Origin: an uncultured Methanosarcinales archaeon
GTDB lineage: Archaea > Nanobdellota > Nanobdellia > Woesearchaeales > UBA583
DNA: 64,000 nt
Reading direction: 5' to 3'
NCBI GenBank assembly: GCA_964351975.1
Contig: CAYGPK010000007.1
Span: forward strand, 3,504-67,503
Below, piece by piece: positions 1-8,938 of this stretch. Under the pieces are notes generated by a model, which saw only the letters and a list, made by a program, of their open reading frames with translations, was not told where the DNA came from and did no database searches. Position 1 is the stretch's first letter. Each line of letters starts with the position of its first letter. Position numbers and translations under genes: made by a program.

Positions 1-1513
1 ACTTATTTTTCCCTTTAACTAAATCAGAAATAATTTGTGTAATTTTAGAAACTTTAATTCTCTTTTGCTCTGTCGTATCACGATCACGAATTGTAACTGT
101 TCCTTTACTATCACCTTCCTCAATACATTCATAATCAATTGTTATACAATAAGGTGTACCAACTTCATCTTGTCTTGCATATCTTTTACCAACACTTCCA
201 GACTTATCATAAATTGTTTCTATATCATTATCAATTAATTCTTCAAATATTTCTCTTGCAATATTAACTAATTCTGGTTTATTCATAAGTGGAAAAATTG
301 CAACTTTATATGGCGCTAATTTAGGCGTAAAATTTAATACAACATTTCCTCTTTTTTCATCGTTGTTATAAGACTCAAATAATAGTGCTGCAAAAATTCT
401 CTCAACTCCAACGGCAGGTTCAATTACTTCAGGTAAAAATTTAGTTTTAGACTCTTCATCAAAATACTCTAAAGATTTTTTAGAATGTTCTTGATGTTGT
501 TTTAAATCAAAGCATCCTCTATTTGCAATTCCTTGTAATTCTTTAAATCCAAATGGATATTTATAATCAATATCAAAAGTTCCTTTAGAATAATGTGATA
601 ATTCTTTTTTAACATGTTCACGAACTCTTAGATTCTCCCATTTAATTCCCAAGTCTTCCACATACCAGTTGTATAATTCAGCTATCCAGTAAGCGTGATA
701 ATCAGTTAACATTTTTTTATTAATCATCTCACCAATAGTTATTTCATAGATTTTATCAGATTCATTATCTTGCGTTTTTGCATCTAAAATTTGAATTTTA
801 GTTTTAAGATGCCTATCAGTTAATAATTCACATTTAGTATTTGGATTTACAAAATACTCTAATTCCATCTGTTCAAACTCACGACTTCTGAAAATAAAAT
901 CTCGTGGAGAAATTTCATTTCTAAATGCTTTACCTATTTGTAAAATTCCAAAAGGAAGTTTAGCCCTTGAAGTTTCAGCAATAGATTTAAAATTTGGAAA
1001 AATACTTTGAGCAGTTTCAGGTCTTAAATAAGCAGTTGCATTTTTAGTTGTATCAGCTCCAACTTGAGTTGAAAACATTAAATTAAAATCTCTAACTTCT
1101 TCAAACTCTTCTCCTTTGTATTTTAGCTTGTGTTTAACAATTAATTCATTAATCTCAGAAGCATTCATTCCATCAGCATTAATTTTTAATTCATCTTCAA
1201 TAAAGTGATCAGCTCTAAGTTTAGTTTTAGTCTCTTTAGTTGTAAGAACTAAATCTCCAAAAGTATCAACATGTCCACTCGCTTTCCAAACTTTAGGATT
1301 AGTAATTATTGAACCATCTTGTCCAAAAATATCTTCACGTTTTGTAACAAATTTTTTCCAATAACTTTGTTTAATATTATTCTTTAACTCAACTCCAAGT
1401 GGTCCAAAATCAAAAAAACCTGCAAGTCCTCCATAAATCTCAGCTGCTTGAAATACAAATCCTTTTTTTTTACAAAAAATAGCAAGTTCTTCAGTGTTTA
1501 GTTTGTTAGTCAT
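1..1513 (-). CDS. glyS: Glycyl-tRNA synthetase, archaeal/eukaryotic type (3' end runs off the window)
   Basis: Not in the ORF track because it is open at the window edge. Minus-strand ATG at 1513..1511 reads MTNKLNTEELAIFCKKKGFVFQAAEIYGGLAGFFDFGPLGVELKNN..., the typical class II GlyRS N-terminus, and stays open to position 2. TTTATAAA lies at 1536-1543, 22 nt upstream. Confidence 0.9.
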   Translation of the reverse strand, partial: MTNKLNTEELAIFCKKKGFVFQAAEIYGGLAGFFDFGPLGVELKNNIKQSYWKKFVTKREDIFGQDGSIITNPKVWKASGHVDTFGDLVLTTKETKTKLRADHFIEDELKINADGMNASEINELIVKHKLKYKGEEFEEVRDFNLMFSTQVGADTTKNATAYLRPETAQSIFPNFKSIAETSRAKLPFGILQIGKAFRNEISPRDFIFRSREFEQMELEYFVNPNTKCELLTDRHLKTKIQILDAKTQDNESDKIYEITIGEMINKKMLTDYHAYWIAELYNWYVEDLGIKWENLRVREHVKKELSHYSKGTFDIDYKYPFGFKELQGIANRGCFDLKQHQEHSKKSLEYFDEESKTKFLPEVIEPAVGVERIFAALLFESYNNDEKRGNVVLNFTPKLAPYKVAIFPLMNKPELVNIAREIFEELIDNDIETIYDKSGSVGKRYARQDEVGTPYCITIDYECIEEGDSKGTVTIRDRDTTEQKRIKVSKITQIISDLVKGKNK

Positions 1514-1535
1514 AATTAAAATTATGAATATAGAA

Positions 1536-1543
1536 TTTATAAA
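1536..1543 (-). promoter_or_regulatory. TATA box (TTTATAAA) for glyS, leaderless spacing
   Basis: Palindromic TTTATAAA 22 nt upstream of the glyS ATG. The same motif and spacing recur before many genes in the window. Confidence 0.5.
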
Positions 1544-1549
1544 CTTTAC

Positions 1550-1825
1550 TTATCTACGAGTTGCCAGATTTACAACATCATCTAATGATTCTTTAGATCC
1601 TTTTTTGCATATTCTTTCTTCTTTATATTCAATTGCAAAATTAGATTCTAAGCCTAATGTAGAGAGTTTATATGAAAATTTACCTAACTCTAATTCATTG
1701 ATACTAATAATTTGATAAGTTTCATCAAAACAGTTGAGTGAGTTTAAATGTCTTATAGATACAATTTCACCAACTTTGTATCTTGGTTTTCTGTGATCTT
1801 CAATAAATACAATTTCACAACTCAT
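1550..1825 (-). CDS. Hypothetical protein (91 aa)
   Basis: ORF with GTTTATAAAT about 27 nt upstream of its ATG on the minus strand. No recognisable motif. Confidence 0.4.
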   Translation of the reverse strand: MSCEIVFIEDHRKPRYKVGEIVSIRHLNSLNCFDETYQIISINELELGKFSYKLSTLGLESNFAIEYKEERICKKGSKESLDDVVNLATRR

Positions 1826-1962
1826 ATATTAATACTATATTATTTTATTTATAAACCTAAAGAACTAGTTCTTTTTTTATCTCATATAATTATAAATTTA
1901 AACGTGCATACTCAACAATTTTTTCTTATCAATAGTTTTAAAATTCTTGGTCGCAGTTTAAA

Positions 1963-2775
1963 TCAGAGATTTAATCTTGCATAATGAAACAGATATTGTT
2001 GTTTTAATCCTTTATGTCCATCAAAATTATCTTTAATATAAATCTCAATTTCCTTTAGATTCTTAGCTTCTCTTTTCAAATACAATTTTTCAATGATTTG
2101 TTTAACCCAAGTATCAATTGGAAAAGCATCTTTATGAGAAAGTGCAAATAGACAAATACAATCAGCAACCTTTGACCCAATACCTGGTAATTCCATTAAT
2201 AGTATTTTAGAAGTTTCATAACTACTTCTCTCAATCTTATCTAACAAATCAGGTTTAGAAATTAATATATTATTAATTTCATAAATGTATTTAGAACGAT
2301 ATCCAGTTTTACATAAATTCAATTTATCTAAATTATTTATATTAGAAGGATTAGGAAAAGTGTAAAATTCTTTATCATCAAAAATAACTTTCTCACCAAA
2401 GTTTTCACAAATCAATTTCAAATTATTTTTAATTTTTGGAATATTAGATGCACTTGAGCAAACAAATCCAATAATACATTGCCATAAATCCTGATTGATT
2501 AATCTTAGTCCCCAATATTTTTCAAGAGCAATTAGAAGATGTTCATCAAGAAAATCAGTTGTTAATTCTTTTAAATTTAAATCTAAATTAAAAAAATTAA
2601 TTAATTCTCTTTCAGAAATTCCATCATAGAATAAAGTATTATTTTCTTGTTTAACTTTGAAAACAATGTTAGAATTAATAACATAGTAAAATTCTTCTAT
2701 CTTTTCATAAAGAAAAAATTGACCACACTCAATTGTATGTAAAAGTGAGAAATCAGTTACTTGTATTTCCTTCAT
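1963..2775 (-). CDS. ogg: 8-oxoguanine DNA glycosylase / AP lyase (Ogg1 family, HhH-GPD)
   Basis: N-terminal TIECGQFF (OGG_N CGQ motif), DLWQCIIGFVCSSASNIPKIKNN, GYRSKYIYE, and the HhH-GPD region LPGIGSKVADCICLFAL...AFPIDTWV. Confidence 0.8.
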   Translation of the reverse strand: MKEIQVTDFSLLHTIECGQFFLYEKIEEFYYVINSNIVFKVKQENNTLFYDGISERELINFFNLDLNLKELTTDFLDEHLLIALEKYWGLRLINQDLWQCIIGFVCSSASNIPKIKNNLKLICENFGEKVIFDDKEFYTFPNPSNINNLDKLNLCKTGYRSKYIYEINNILISKPDLLDKIERSSYETSKILLMELPGIGSKVADCICLFALSHKDAFPIDTWVKQIIEKLYLKREAKNLKEIEIYIKDNFDGHKGLKQQYLFHYARLNL

Positions 2776-2907
2776 AAAATTTAATTACCTAGAATTGATT
2801 TAAATGTATCCAATTTAAAAAAAAATATAGCAATACTTAGAACAATTAAAATTATTGCAAGTATTAAAACAGTAGTTAATTCAGATATTTCAGCTTTTTT
2901 TTTAGTT

Positions 2908-3450
2908 TTATTCACTCTTTATTATATTCAAATTTACTTTTGAAACTACAGTTGATCTATCGATATTAGAACATTGTTCATAGTAAGCATCATAATTTTC
3001 ATCTGCTTCATAAATCTCTAAAGCTACTTGTTCTGGAAAAACTGGTTCATTTCCTTTTTCAAGTAAGTAGGGTCTAATTGAGTTCATTACAATATTTAAT
3101 TTCTTTTCTTCATTAACTGAAAGTTCAACATAAGCTTGTCTATATCCACCATAATACACATCATTAGCACCAACATAATCAAGATAGAAGTCATATTCCA
3201 TATCATCTAAGAAAACACAACCTAGATATGGTTTTAAGTTAATCTTTGAAGTTATAACTCCATCATTTCTTAAAGTTACTTCACCAATTTTACTTGATTG
3301 TGTAACTTCATTAATATTTACATTCTCTTCAAATGTATAATTTTCAGAAACATTCTTAAAAGCTGTACTTAATGCAATAAGTGCTAAAAATAATGCTACT
3401 AAAAGCACAAGACCTATAATGTATATTTTATTAAAATTATTTTTTTTCAT
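2908..3450 (-). CDS. Membrane-anchored/secreted hypothetical protein
   Basis: N-terminal hydrophobic anchor (IYIIGLVLLVALFLALIAL) followed by a soluble domain. No known motif. Confidence 0.55.
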   Translation of the reverse strand: MKKNNFNKIYIIGLVLLVALFLALIALSTAFKNVSENYTFEENVNINEVTQSSKIGEVTLRNDGVITSKINLKPYLGCVFLDDMEYDFYLDYVGANDVYYGGYRQAYVELSVNEEKKLNIVMNSIRPYLLEKGNEPVFPEQVALEIYEADENYDAYYEQCSNIDRSTVVSKVNLNIIKSE

Positions 3451-3466
3451 TTTTAAAAGAATTAAT

Positions 3467-3772
3467 TTATTTTTTATGGCTCTCTTTCAAAGAGGTATGT
3501 GGCTTGTCATTTTTTAATTGGATTTTTGAAAAGTATTTTCCTAAGAATATCATAACAATTGTTGATACAACCAGCATTGCTAAAACACTATTTTTTTTAA
3601 GTTCAAAAACATCCCAAGTGTAAAATACTGCAAAGATATAAGTTGCAATTGACGCTGTTAAAACAACAATAAATATTTTTTTAAATCTCCAGTAATAAAT
3701 TGCAGCAATAACAACTGCAACAATAAACACTAAAATACCAACAGCAATTGACCAATCAGCAATTCCTGCCAT
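3467..3772 (-). CDS. Small integral membrane protein (3 predicted TM segments)
   Basis: Hydrophobic ORF. AGGAGGT (plus-strand ACCTCCT at 3785-3791) lies 12 nt upstream of its ATG, inside the 3' end of the preceding small ORF. Confidence 0.55.
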   Translation of the reverse strand: MAGIADWSIAVGILVFIVAVVIAAIYYWRFKKIFIVVLTASIATYIFAVFYTWDVFELKKNSVLAMLVVSTIVMIFLGKYFSKIQLKNDKPHTSLKESHKK

Positions 3773-3773
3773 T

Positions 3774-3950
3774 TTATTTATTCAACCTCCTTAAATAATC
3801 TCCAAACACAAATAATATAATTGCAAGTAAGAATGATAATACTGCTTTAATACTACTTGGCACATCTTCTAAATAACTCATTAAAAAAAATGCAATAGTT
3901 ACAATTAAGAAAAAAATTGCAATTGCATAGAAAATATTTTGTAATTCCAT
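3774..3950 (-). CDS. Small membrane protein (58 aa), below the ORF-track cutoff
   Basis: Hand translation: MELQNIFYAIAIFFLIVTIAFFLMSYLEDVPSSIKAVLSFLLAIILFVFGDYLRRLNK. TTTATAAA at 3973-3980 is 22 nt upstream. The stop lies 1 nt before the next gene's ATG (operon layout). Confidence 0.45.
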   Translation of the reverse strand: MELQNIFYAIAIFFLIVTIAFFLMSYLEDVPSSIKAVLSFLLAIILFVFGDYLRRLNK

Positions 3951-4057
3951 AAGGATATTATAGAATCGTTTATTTATAAATATATTTATAGGTTCAAATG
4001 GAGTTAGATAGTTAACTTTTTAAAGCTATTAAAAATATGTATTAAATTCCAATTAAA

Positions 4058-5230
4058 ATGAAAAATCGAAATGAAATCGAGACATATATGTCTAAACAAG
4101 ATTTTGAGGATATTATTGAATTCTCAAAAGGAAAGGAGACACCCTTTTTAGTTCTTAATCTAAGCAAAATTTCTAAGAAATATGATGAATTAAAAAATAA
4201 TTTACCACTTGCTAAAATTTATTTCGCTGTTAAAGCTTGTCCAATCAATGAAGTAATTAAACTATTAGATGATAAAGGTTCATATTTTGATATTGCATCT
4301 ACATTTGAATTAGATTTATTATTAAATTTAGGTGTGAATCCAGATAAAATAAGCTATGGTAATACAATTAAAAAAGAAAGTGATATAGAATATGCATATC
4401 AGAAAGGAGTAAAACTTTTTGCAACAGATTCAAACTCAGATTTAAACAAGATTGCTTTAAAAGCGCCTGGTTCAAGAGTTTTTTTTAGAATATTAAGTGA
4501 GGGTGGACATGCAGATTGGCCCCTTTCAAAAAAATTTGGTGCACATCCTGATACAATATATAAATTAATTTTAGAATCAAAAAAATTAAATGTTATTCCT
4601 GTTGGAATTTCATTTCATGTTGGAAGTCAGCAAAGAGATATTGGACAGTGGGACAATGCTATTTCACAAACAAAATATTTATTTGAATCTATAAAAGCAA
4701 AAGGAATTGATCTTAAACTTATTAATTTAGGTGGTGGATTTCCCGGAAATTATCTTAATCCAGCTCAATCAATTACAGATTATTGTAGGGAGATTTCTCA
4801 ATATTTAACTGAGGATTTTGGCAATGAATTACCTGAAATTATAATTGAACCAGGTAGAAGTCTTGTTGCAGATGCTGGGACAATTGTATCAGAAATCATA
4901 TTAATTTCAAAAAAATATAGATCTGCACCAGTTCATTGGGTTTATTTAGATATAGGTAAATTTGGTGGACTTGCAGAAACTACTGGTGAAGCAATTAAAT
5001 ATCCAATTTTCACAGAATCTTTTGATTCCATAAAACCAAATGAGGTAATTTTGGCAGGACCTACTTGTGATTCAGCAGACATATTATATGAAGACTTTAA
5101 ATATAAATTACCTAAAGATGTAAAAGAAGGTGATAAAATTTATATTTTAGCAACTGGTGCGTATACAAAATCTTATAGTTCAACAAGTTTTAATGGATTT
5201 CCACCTCTTGCTCATTATATAATAAAATAA
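4058..5230 (+). CDS. PLP-dependent ornithine/diaminopimelate-type decarboxylase (fold III, eukaryote-like ODC)
   Basis: Motifs YFAVKACP (PLP lysine), HVGSQ, GGGFPG, EPGRSLVADAG and the CDSAD active-site Cys. Length of about 390 aa fits. Confidence 0.85.
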   Translation: MKNRNEIETYMSKQDFEDIIEFSKGKETPFLVLNLSKISKKYDELKNNLPLAKIYFAVKACPINEVIKLLDDKGSYFDIASTFELDLLLNLGVNPDKISYGNTIKKESDIEYAYQKGVKLFATDSNSDLNKIALKAPGSRVFFRILSEGGHADWPLSKKFGAHPDTIYKLILESKKLNVIPVGISFHVGSQQRDIGQWDNAISQTKYLFESIKAKGIDLKLINLGGGFPGNYLNPAQSITDYCREISQYLTEDFGNELPEIIIEPGRSLVADAGTIVSEIILISKKYRSAPVHWVYLDIGKFGGLAETTGEAIKYPIFTESFDSIKPNEVILAGPTCDSADILYEDFKYKLPKDVKEGDKIYILATGAYTKSYSSTSFNGFPPLAHYIIK

Positions 5231-5237
5231 TTTTTAT

Positions 5238-5963
5238 TTATTTAATAAAAGCCTCAACATCTTCAACAGAGTTAATTTCATCAAGTGGTTTATCATCTCT
5301 TAGATTAATTATTCTTGGGAAACGAAGAGCATAACCTGAATCATAAGAAGTTGATTTTTGTATTTCTTGATATCTAACTTGAATTACAATTTTAGGCTCA
5401 AATCGTGTAATTCCCTTCTCTTCTATAATTTTTAGAGGATTTAGTAAATTAGTTAAATTCTCCATAGTAGCACCTTCTCCACTAAGTTCTTTAATCCCCG
5501 AAGATACTTTTCCAATCTCTAAAAACATATCAGTCTCATCATTATAATTTTCATTTTTTACAGCAATATAAAAAGAGGAATAAAATCCTGCTCTCTTACC
5601 TTTTCCGTGTTCTGCTGCAACAATTACAACATCAATGTCTTCTTTAGTCTCTTTTAATTTAGCCATTGAACCTGCACGAAGTCCCGGTTTGTAAATTGCA
5701 TTTAGAGATTTAAACATTAATCCTTCAACACCTTCATCTAAACTCTCTTGAAAGAACTCTTGCGCAATATAATCTGAATCCGTAACAATAGAATTAGTTG
5801 GGGAGAACATCATAAAATCTTGATACTTTTTCATAGCATCTTTATTTTTAATATTAAAAGAAATTTTATCTCCAGTTTTAATAATTTGAACATCTGAGTT
5901 ATCTAAAATAATTTCTTTTTTAGAAATTTCTTTTTTAGAATTAGTAAAACTTGTCAAATCCAT
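5238..5963 (-). CDS. ATP-dependent DNA ligase fragment (motifs IV-VI plus OB fold; lacks DNA-binding domain and motif I lysine)
   Basis: EGLMFK (motif IV), AKLKE (motif V), OB-fold-like region, C-terminal ALRFPRIINLRDDK (motif VI). No KxDG. The motif III position reads IILDNSD rather than LDGE. Only 241 aa, with no room upstream for the missing half. Confidence 0.7.
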   Translation of the reverse strand: MDLTSFTNSKKEISKKEIILDNSDVQIIKTGDKISFNIKNKDAMKKYQDFMMFSPTNSIVTDSDYIAQEFFQESLDEGVEGLMFKSLNAIYKPGLRAGSMAKLKETKEDIDVVIVAAEHGKGKRAGFYSSFYIAVKNENYNDETDMFLEIGKVSSGIKELSGEGATMENLTNLLNPLKIIEEKGITRFEPKIVIQVRYQEIQKSTSYDSGYALRFPRIINLRDDKPLDEINSVEDVEAFIK

Positions 5964-6006
5964 ATTAAATATAAAAAAGTAGTATTTATAAAATTTCTTT
6001 TAAATT

Positions 6007-7167
6007 TTAAAATTTTAAAATTTGACCATTAGAGTGAATACCATTACTTCTAATTTGAATACTTGGTTCTTTTGTAACTTCTCCAATTAACTTTGCTTTA
6101 ATGCCGTATTCTTCTGCAACATTAATAACCTCTCCAGGATTAGATGTTGAAACTATCATTCCTTGACCCATATTCCAAGTTTTATAAGCTTCTTCATCAG
6201 AAACATTACCTATTTTTTGGCAGTGTCTCATTAACTCAGGAACATTACAAGGGAAATTAATTTTAGCCCCTAAACCTTTTGGTTCTAAAAGTCTTCTCAA
6301 TTTTTCAGGAATTCCTCCCCCTGTAATGTGAGCAACACCTGAAAGACTTGCTTTTGGTTCTCCTTGATATCCTCCAAACATATCGACAACAGCTCTTGTA
6401 TAAATTTTAGAGGGTTCTAATGCTAGTTTTGCAAAATTAATATCACCAAATCCCGTCTTATGCCAATTAGTTCCATAATTTTGCTCCATAATTTTTCTGA
6501 CTAGTGATAAACCATTTGACCTAAATCCTTTCTCCTCAAAGCCAACTAAAGAATCACCAGGTTTAATTTCAAAACCCGTAAACATTCTTTCTTTTCTTGC
6601 AAACCATACAACGCTTGCCCCCCAATTATAATTAAAATTACCAAATCCTCCAACACGATTTCCAAGTTCTGCAACTTCACCATTAACAACTGCAACTCGA
6701 GCTTCATTAGCAGCACCAATATAACCTTGTGCGAGTTGTTTAATTTCATTAATAAAAGTACTTTTACCTTTTCCTAAAGAATTAACATCTAAAATCGAAC
6801 CAATAATAACAGGTTCAGCTCCTCGAACTACTGCATCATCACAAACCATTGCAAATAAATCATAGGCAATTGTAGTATGATCACCAATCCTTTCAGCAAG
6901 TTCCATTTTAGTACCCACTCCGTCAAAACCCATATTCATTAAAGTCCCAGTAGGCAAATTAGATACATTTATTGCTCTAATTCCACTAAATGTGTCAACA
7001 GGAACAATTAATTCACCTAATTTTCCTTCTCTATTTTTCCAAGTTTCTTTAGCAGCATTATATAAAATTTTAGAAACATCGCCTCCTAATTCCACATTAA
7101 CTCCTGAATCTTCGTAAGATACCATATTATTTAAACTAAGAAAAGTCCTTTTTAAACTTTTCGTCAT
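6007..7167 (-). CDS. purM: Phosphoribosylformylglycinamidine cyclo-ligase (AIR synthetase, PurM)
   Basis: YEDSGVNV, GFDGVGTKMELA, DLFAMVCDDAVVRGAEP and AHITGGG motifs of PurM/AIR synthase-related proteins. Confidence 0.85.
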   Translation of the reverse strand: MTKSLKRTFLSLNNMVSYEDSGVNVELGGDVSKILYNAAKETWKNREGKLGELIVPVDTFSGIRAINVSNLPTGTLMNMGFDGVGTKMELAERIGDHTTIAYDLFAMVCDDAVVRGAEPVIIGSILDVNSLGKGKSTFINEIKQLAQGYIGAANEARVAVVNGEVAELGNRVGGFGNFNYNWGASVVWFARKERMFTGFEIKPGDSLVGFEEKGFRSNGLSLVRKIMEQNYGTNWHKTGFGDINFAKLALEPSKIYTRAVVDMFGGYQGEPKASLSGVAHITGGGIPEKLRRLLEPKGLGAKINFPCNVPELMRHCQKIGNVSDEEAYKTWNMGQGMIVSTSNPGEVINVAEEYGIKAKLIGEVTKEPSIQIRSNGIHSNGQILKF

Positions 7168-7222
7168 TTTTTAGTAAATAAAAAACAAAAGTATTTAAAT
7201 TATTAATTTAAAATTATTTTAT

Positions 7223-8887
7223 TTATTCTTTTCTAAGATACATAATTTGATTTGTTTCTGGTCCAATTCCTATTGAAATTATATTCATTTTAGTCAATTC
7301 TTCAATTCGTGACAAATATCTCTGAACATTAGGCTCCAGAGATGCTGCTTTTTGCCATCCATCTAAAACTTCATATACCGCTCTACAATTTTTAAGAACT
7401 TCTTCTCCAGCAAGATTATCATCAAGTGTAATATGGCATCCATTTTCATAAACTCTTCCTTTGTAGTTGTATGTTTCTCCATCATAAATATAACCTGTTA
7501 TTAATAACATATAACTTAAACCATCTGCTCTATCAAGACATGATATAGATAATTTGCCTTGTTGAAATTTCTTCAAATTTTTTAAATGAGGTAAATCTAA
7601 TCCTCCAGTTATTCTAGGTTTTCCTGTTGTTGCACCGAATTCTCCATATGTCATAACTTCAGCAATTGCAAGAGCTTCATTTACTGTTAATTTCTCCTCA
7701 TTTAAATCATACGTTTCTCCATTTTGATTTTTATAAAGAACTTTTGAATCTTGCAATCCGTTTTCATCTATAGATTTAACAAATTGTTTTAGTGCATCGT
7801 TTAAGTCAATATCTTTAGGCAAATTTTCTTTTCTATAACCTTTTTTACTAAACCAATTTTGATCAACATAACCACTAGGATTTGCTCCACTTCCAACTCT
7901 TGAAGAACCGGGCGCTTTATGAACGTTAATTGTAAGAGTATTATTTGTATATTTTGGAGGTAGATTTGAAGATGCAAAAATTCCAGTTGCATGCGTTTCA
8001 GCTGAAGTTGAAGATTTATGATGAGTATCAACTCCATTTGAGAGATAATAAGATTGAGGGCCTTCTAAAATAACTTTCTTATCTTTTTCAAGTTCATCAA
8101 TCATTATTTGAGTGGTATTAGCATAGTGTTTTACTAAGAAATCTCTTACTTCACCTTCATAGGATTCAATTAGAAGTTTAAGTCTTATTTCATGAGTTTT
8201 AGCATTAAGAAATTTTTTAATATCAATTGGAATCTGATTATTTAGAATAAGTTTTTCTACAACTTCATCAGTTAATTTTGGAGAAATCTCATTCCACCAA
8301 TATTCTAAACTAGAGCTAATTAATTCATATTTTCGATTAATAATTGTCTCAATAGTTAAGTCATTTTTACGTCTTATATCAGAGTGAACTTGTGACATAC
8401 CTTTTCCAGTTGAAGCATTTGGATCTCTTAGAGCATCTGAAATTTTATGCCAAGGAAAAACTAGTGTTACATTTCCAATAAAAATATTTGAAGTATCAAT
8501 TCCTTTTTCAATAAGAGGTTTAATTTCTTTAGAATAAAAGGACAATGGGTCCATAACGCAATTATCACTTATAATAATTTTTTTACCTGTAAAGATTCCA
8601 GAGGGCAAAAGATGAAAAACAAATTTTTCAGAATTATGATAAACTGTATGACCAGCATTTTCACCTGAGTTAACTCTTGCAATAATTGTCACATCTTCGT
8701 GCGACCCAATACTATCAACAGTTTTACCTTTAGCTTCATCACCAAAGAAAGCACCCGTTGGAATTATTACTTGTTTATCATGAATTAAATCATTAATTGC
8801 AGCTCTTGTTTCAAGATGAACAAAAGTTTTATTAGGTTCATTTAACATATTTACAAACTGAATTTTAAGGTTTATAAACATTTCCAA
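7223..8887 (-). CDS. purA: Adenylosuccinate synthetase-like protein, unusually long (554 aa) and divergent
   Basis: GDEAKGK (P-loop GDEGKGK), NAGHTV, EGPQSYYLS, SRVGSGANP and GEFGATTGKPRITGGLD resemble AdSS motifs. There is an N-terminal extension and internal insertions relative to canonical AdSS. Confidence 0.7.
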   Translation of the reverse strand: MEMFINLKIQFVNMLNEPNKTFVHLETRAAINDLIHDKQVIIPTGAFFGDEAKGKTVDSIGSHEDVTIIARVNSGENAGHTVYHNSEKFVFHLLPSGIFTGKKIIISDNCVMDPLSFYSKEIKPLIEKGIDTSNIFIGNVTLVFPWHKISDALRDPNASTGKGMSQVHSDIRRKNDLTIETIINRKYELISSSLEYWWNEISPKLTDEVVEKLILNNQIPIDIKKFLNAKTHEIRLKLLIESYEGEVRDFLVKHYANTTQIMIDELEKDKKVILEGPQSYYLSNGVDTHHKSSTSAETHATGIFASSNLPPKYTNNTLTINVHKAPGSSRVGSGANPSGYVDQNWFSKKGYRKENLPKDIDLNDALKQFVKSIDENGLQDSKVLYKNQNGETYDLNEEKLTVNEALAIAEVMTYGEFGATTGKPRITGGLDLPHLKNLKKFQQGKLSISCLDRADGLSYMLLITGYIYDGETYNYKGRVYENGCHITLDDNLAGEEVLKNCRAVYEVLDGWQKAASLEPNVQRYLSRIEELTKMNIISIGIGPETNQIMYLRKE

Positions 8888-8938
8888 ATTAATTATTTTA
8901 ATAAATATATTTATATAAAATTCAAAGCTAATAATAAT

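Noticed and set aside
35-1984. Plus-strand ORFs 35-238, 1494-1715 and 1748-1984
   Set aside because: They overlap glyS, the 91-aa ORF or the ogg 3' end on the opposite strand. Their Ile/Asn/Phe-rich sequences have no motifs.
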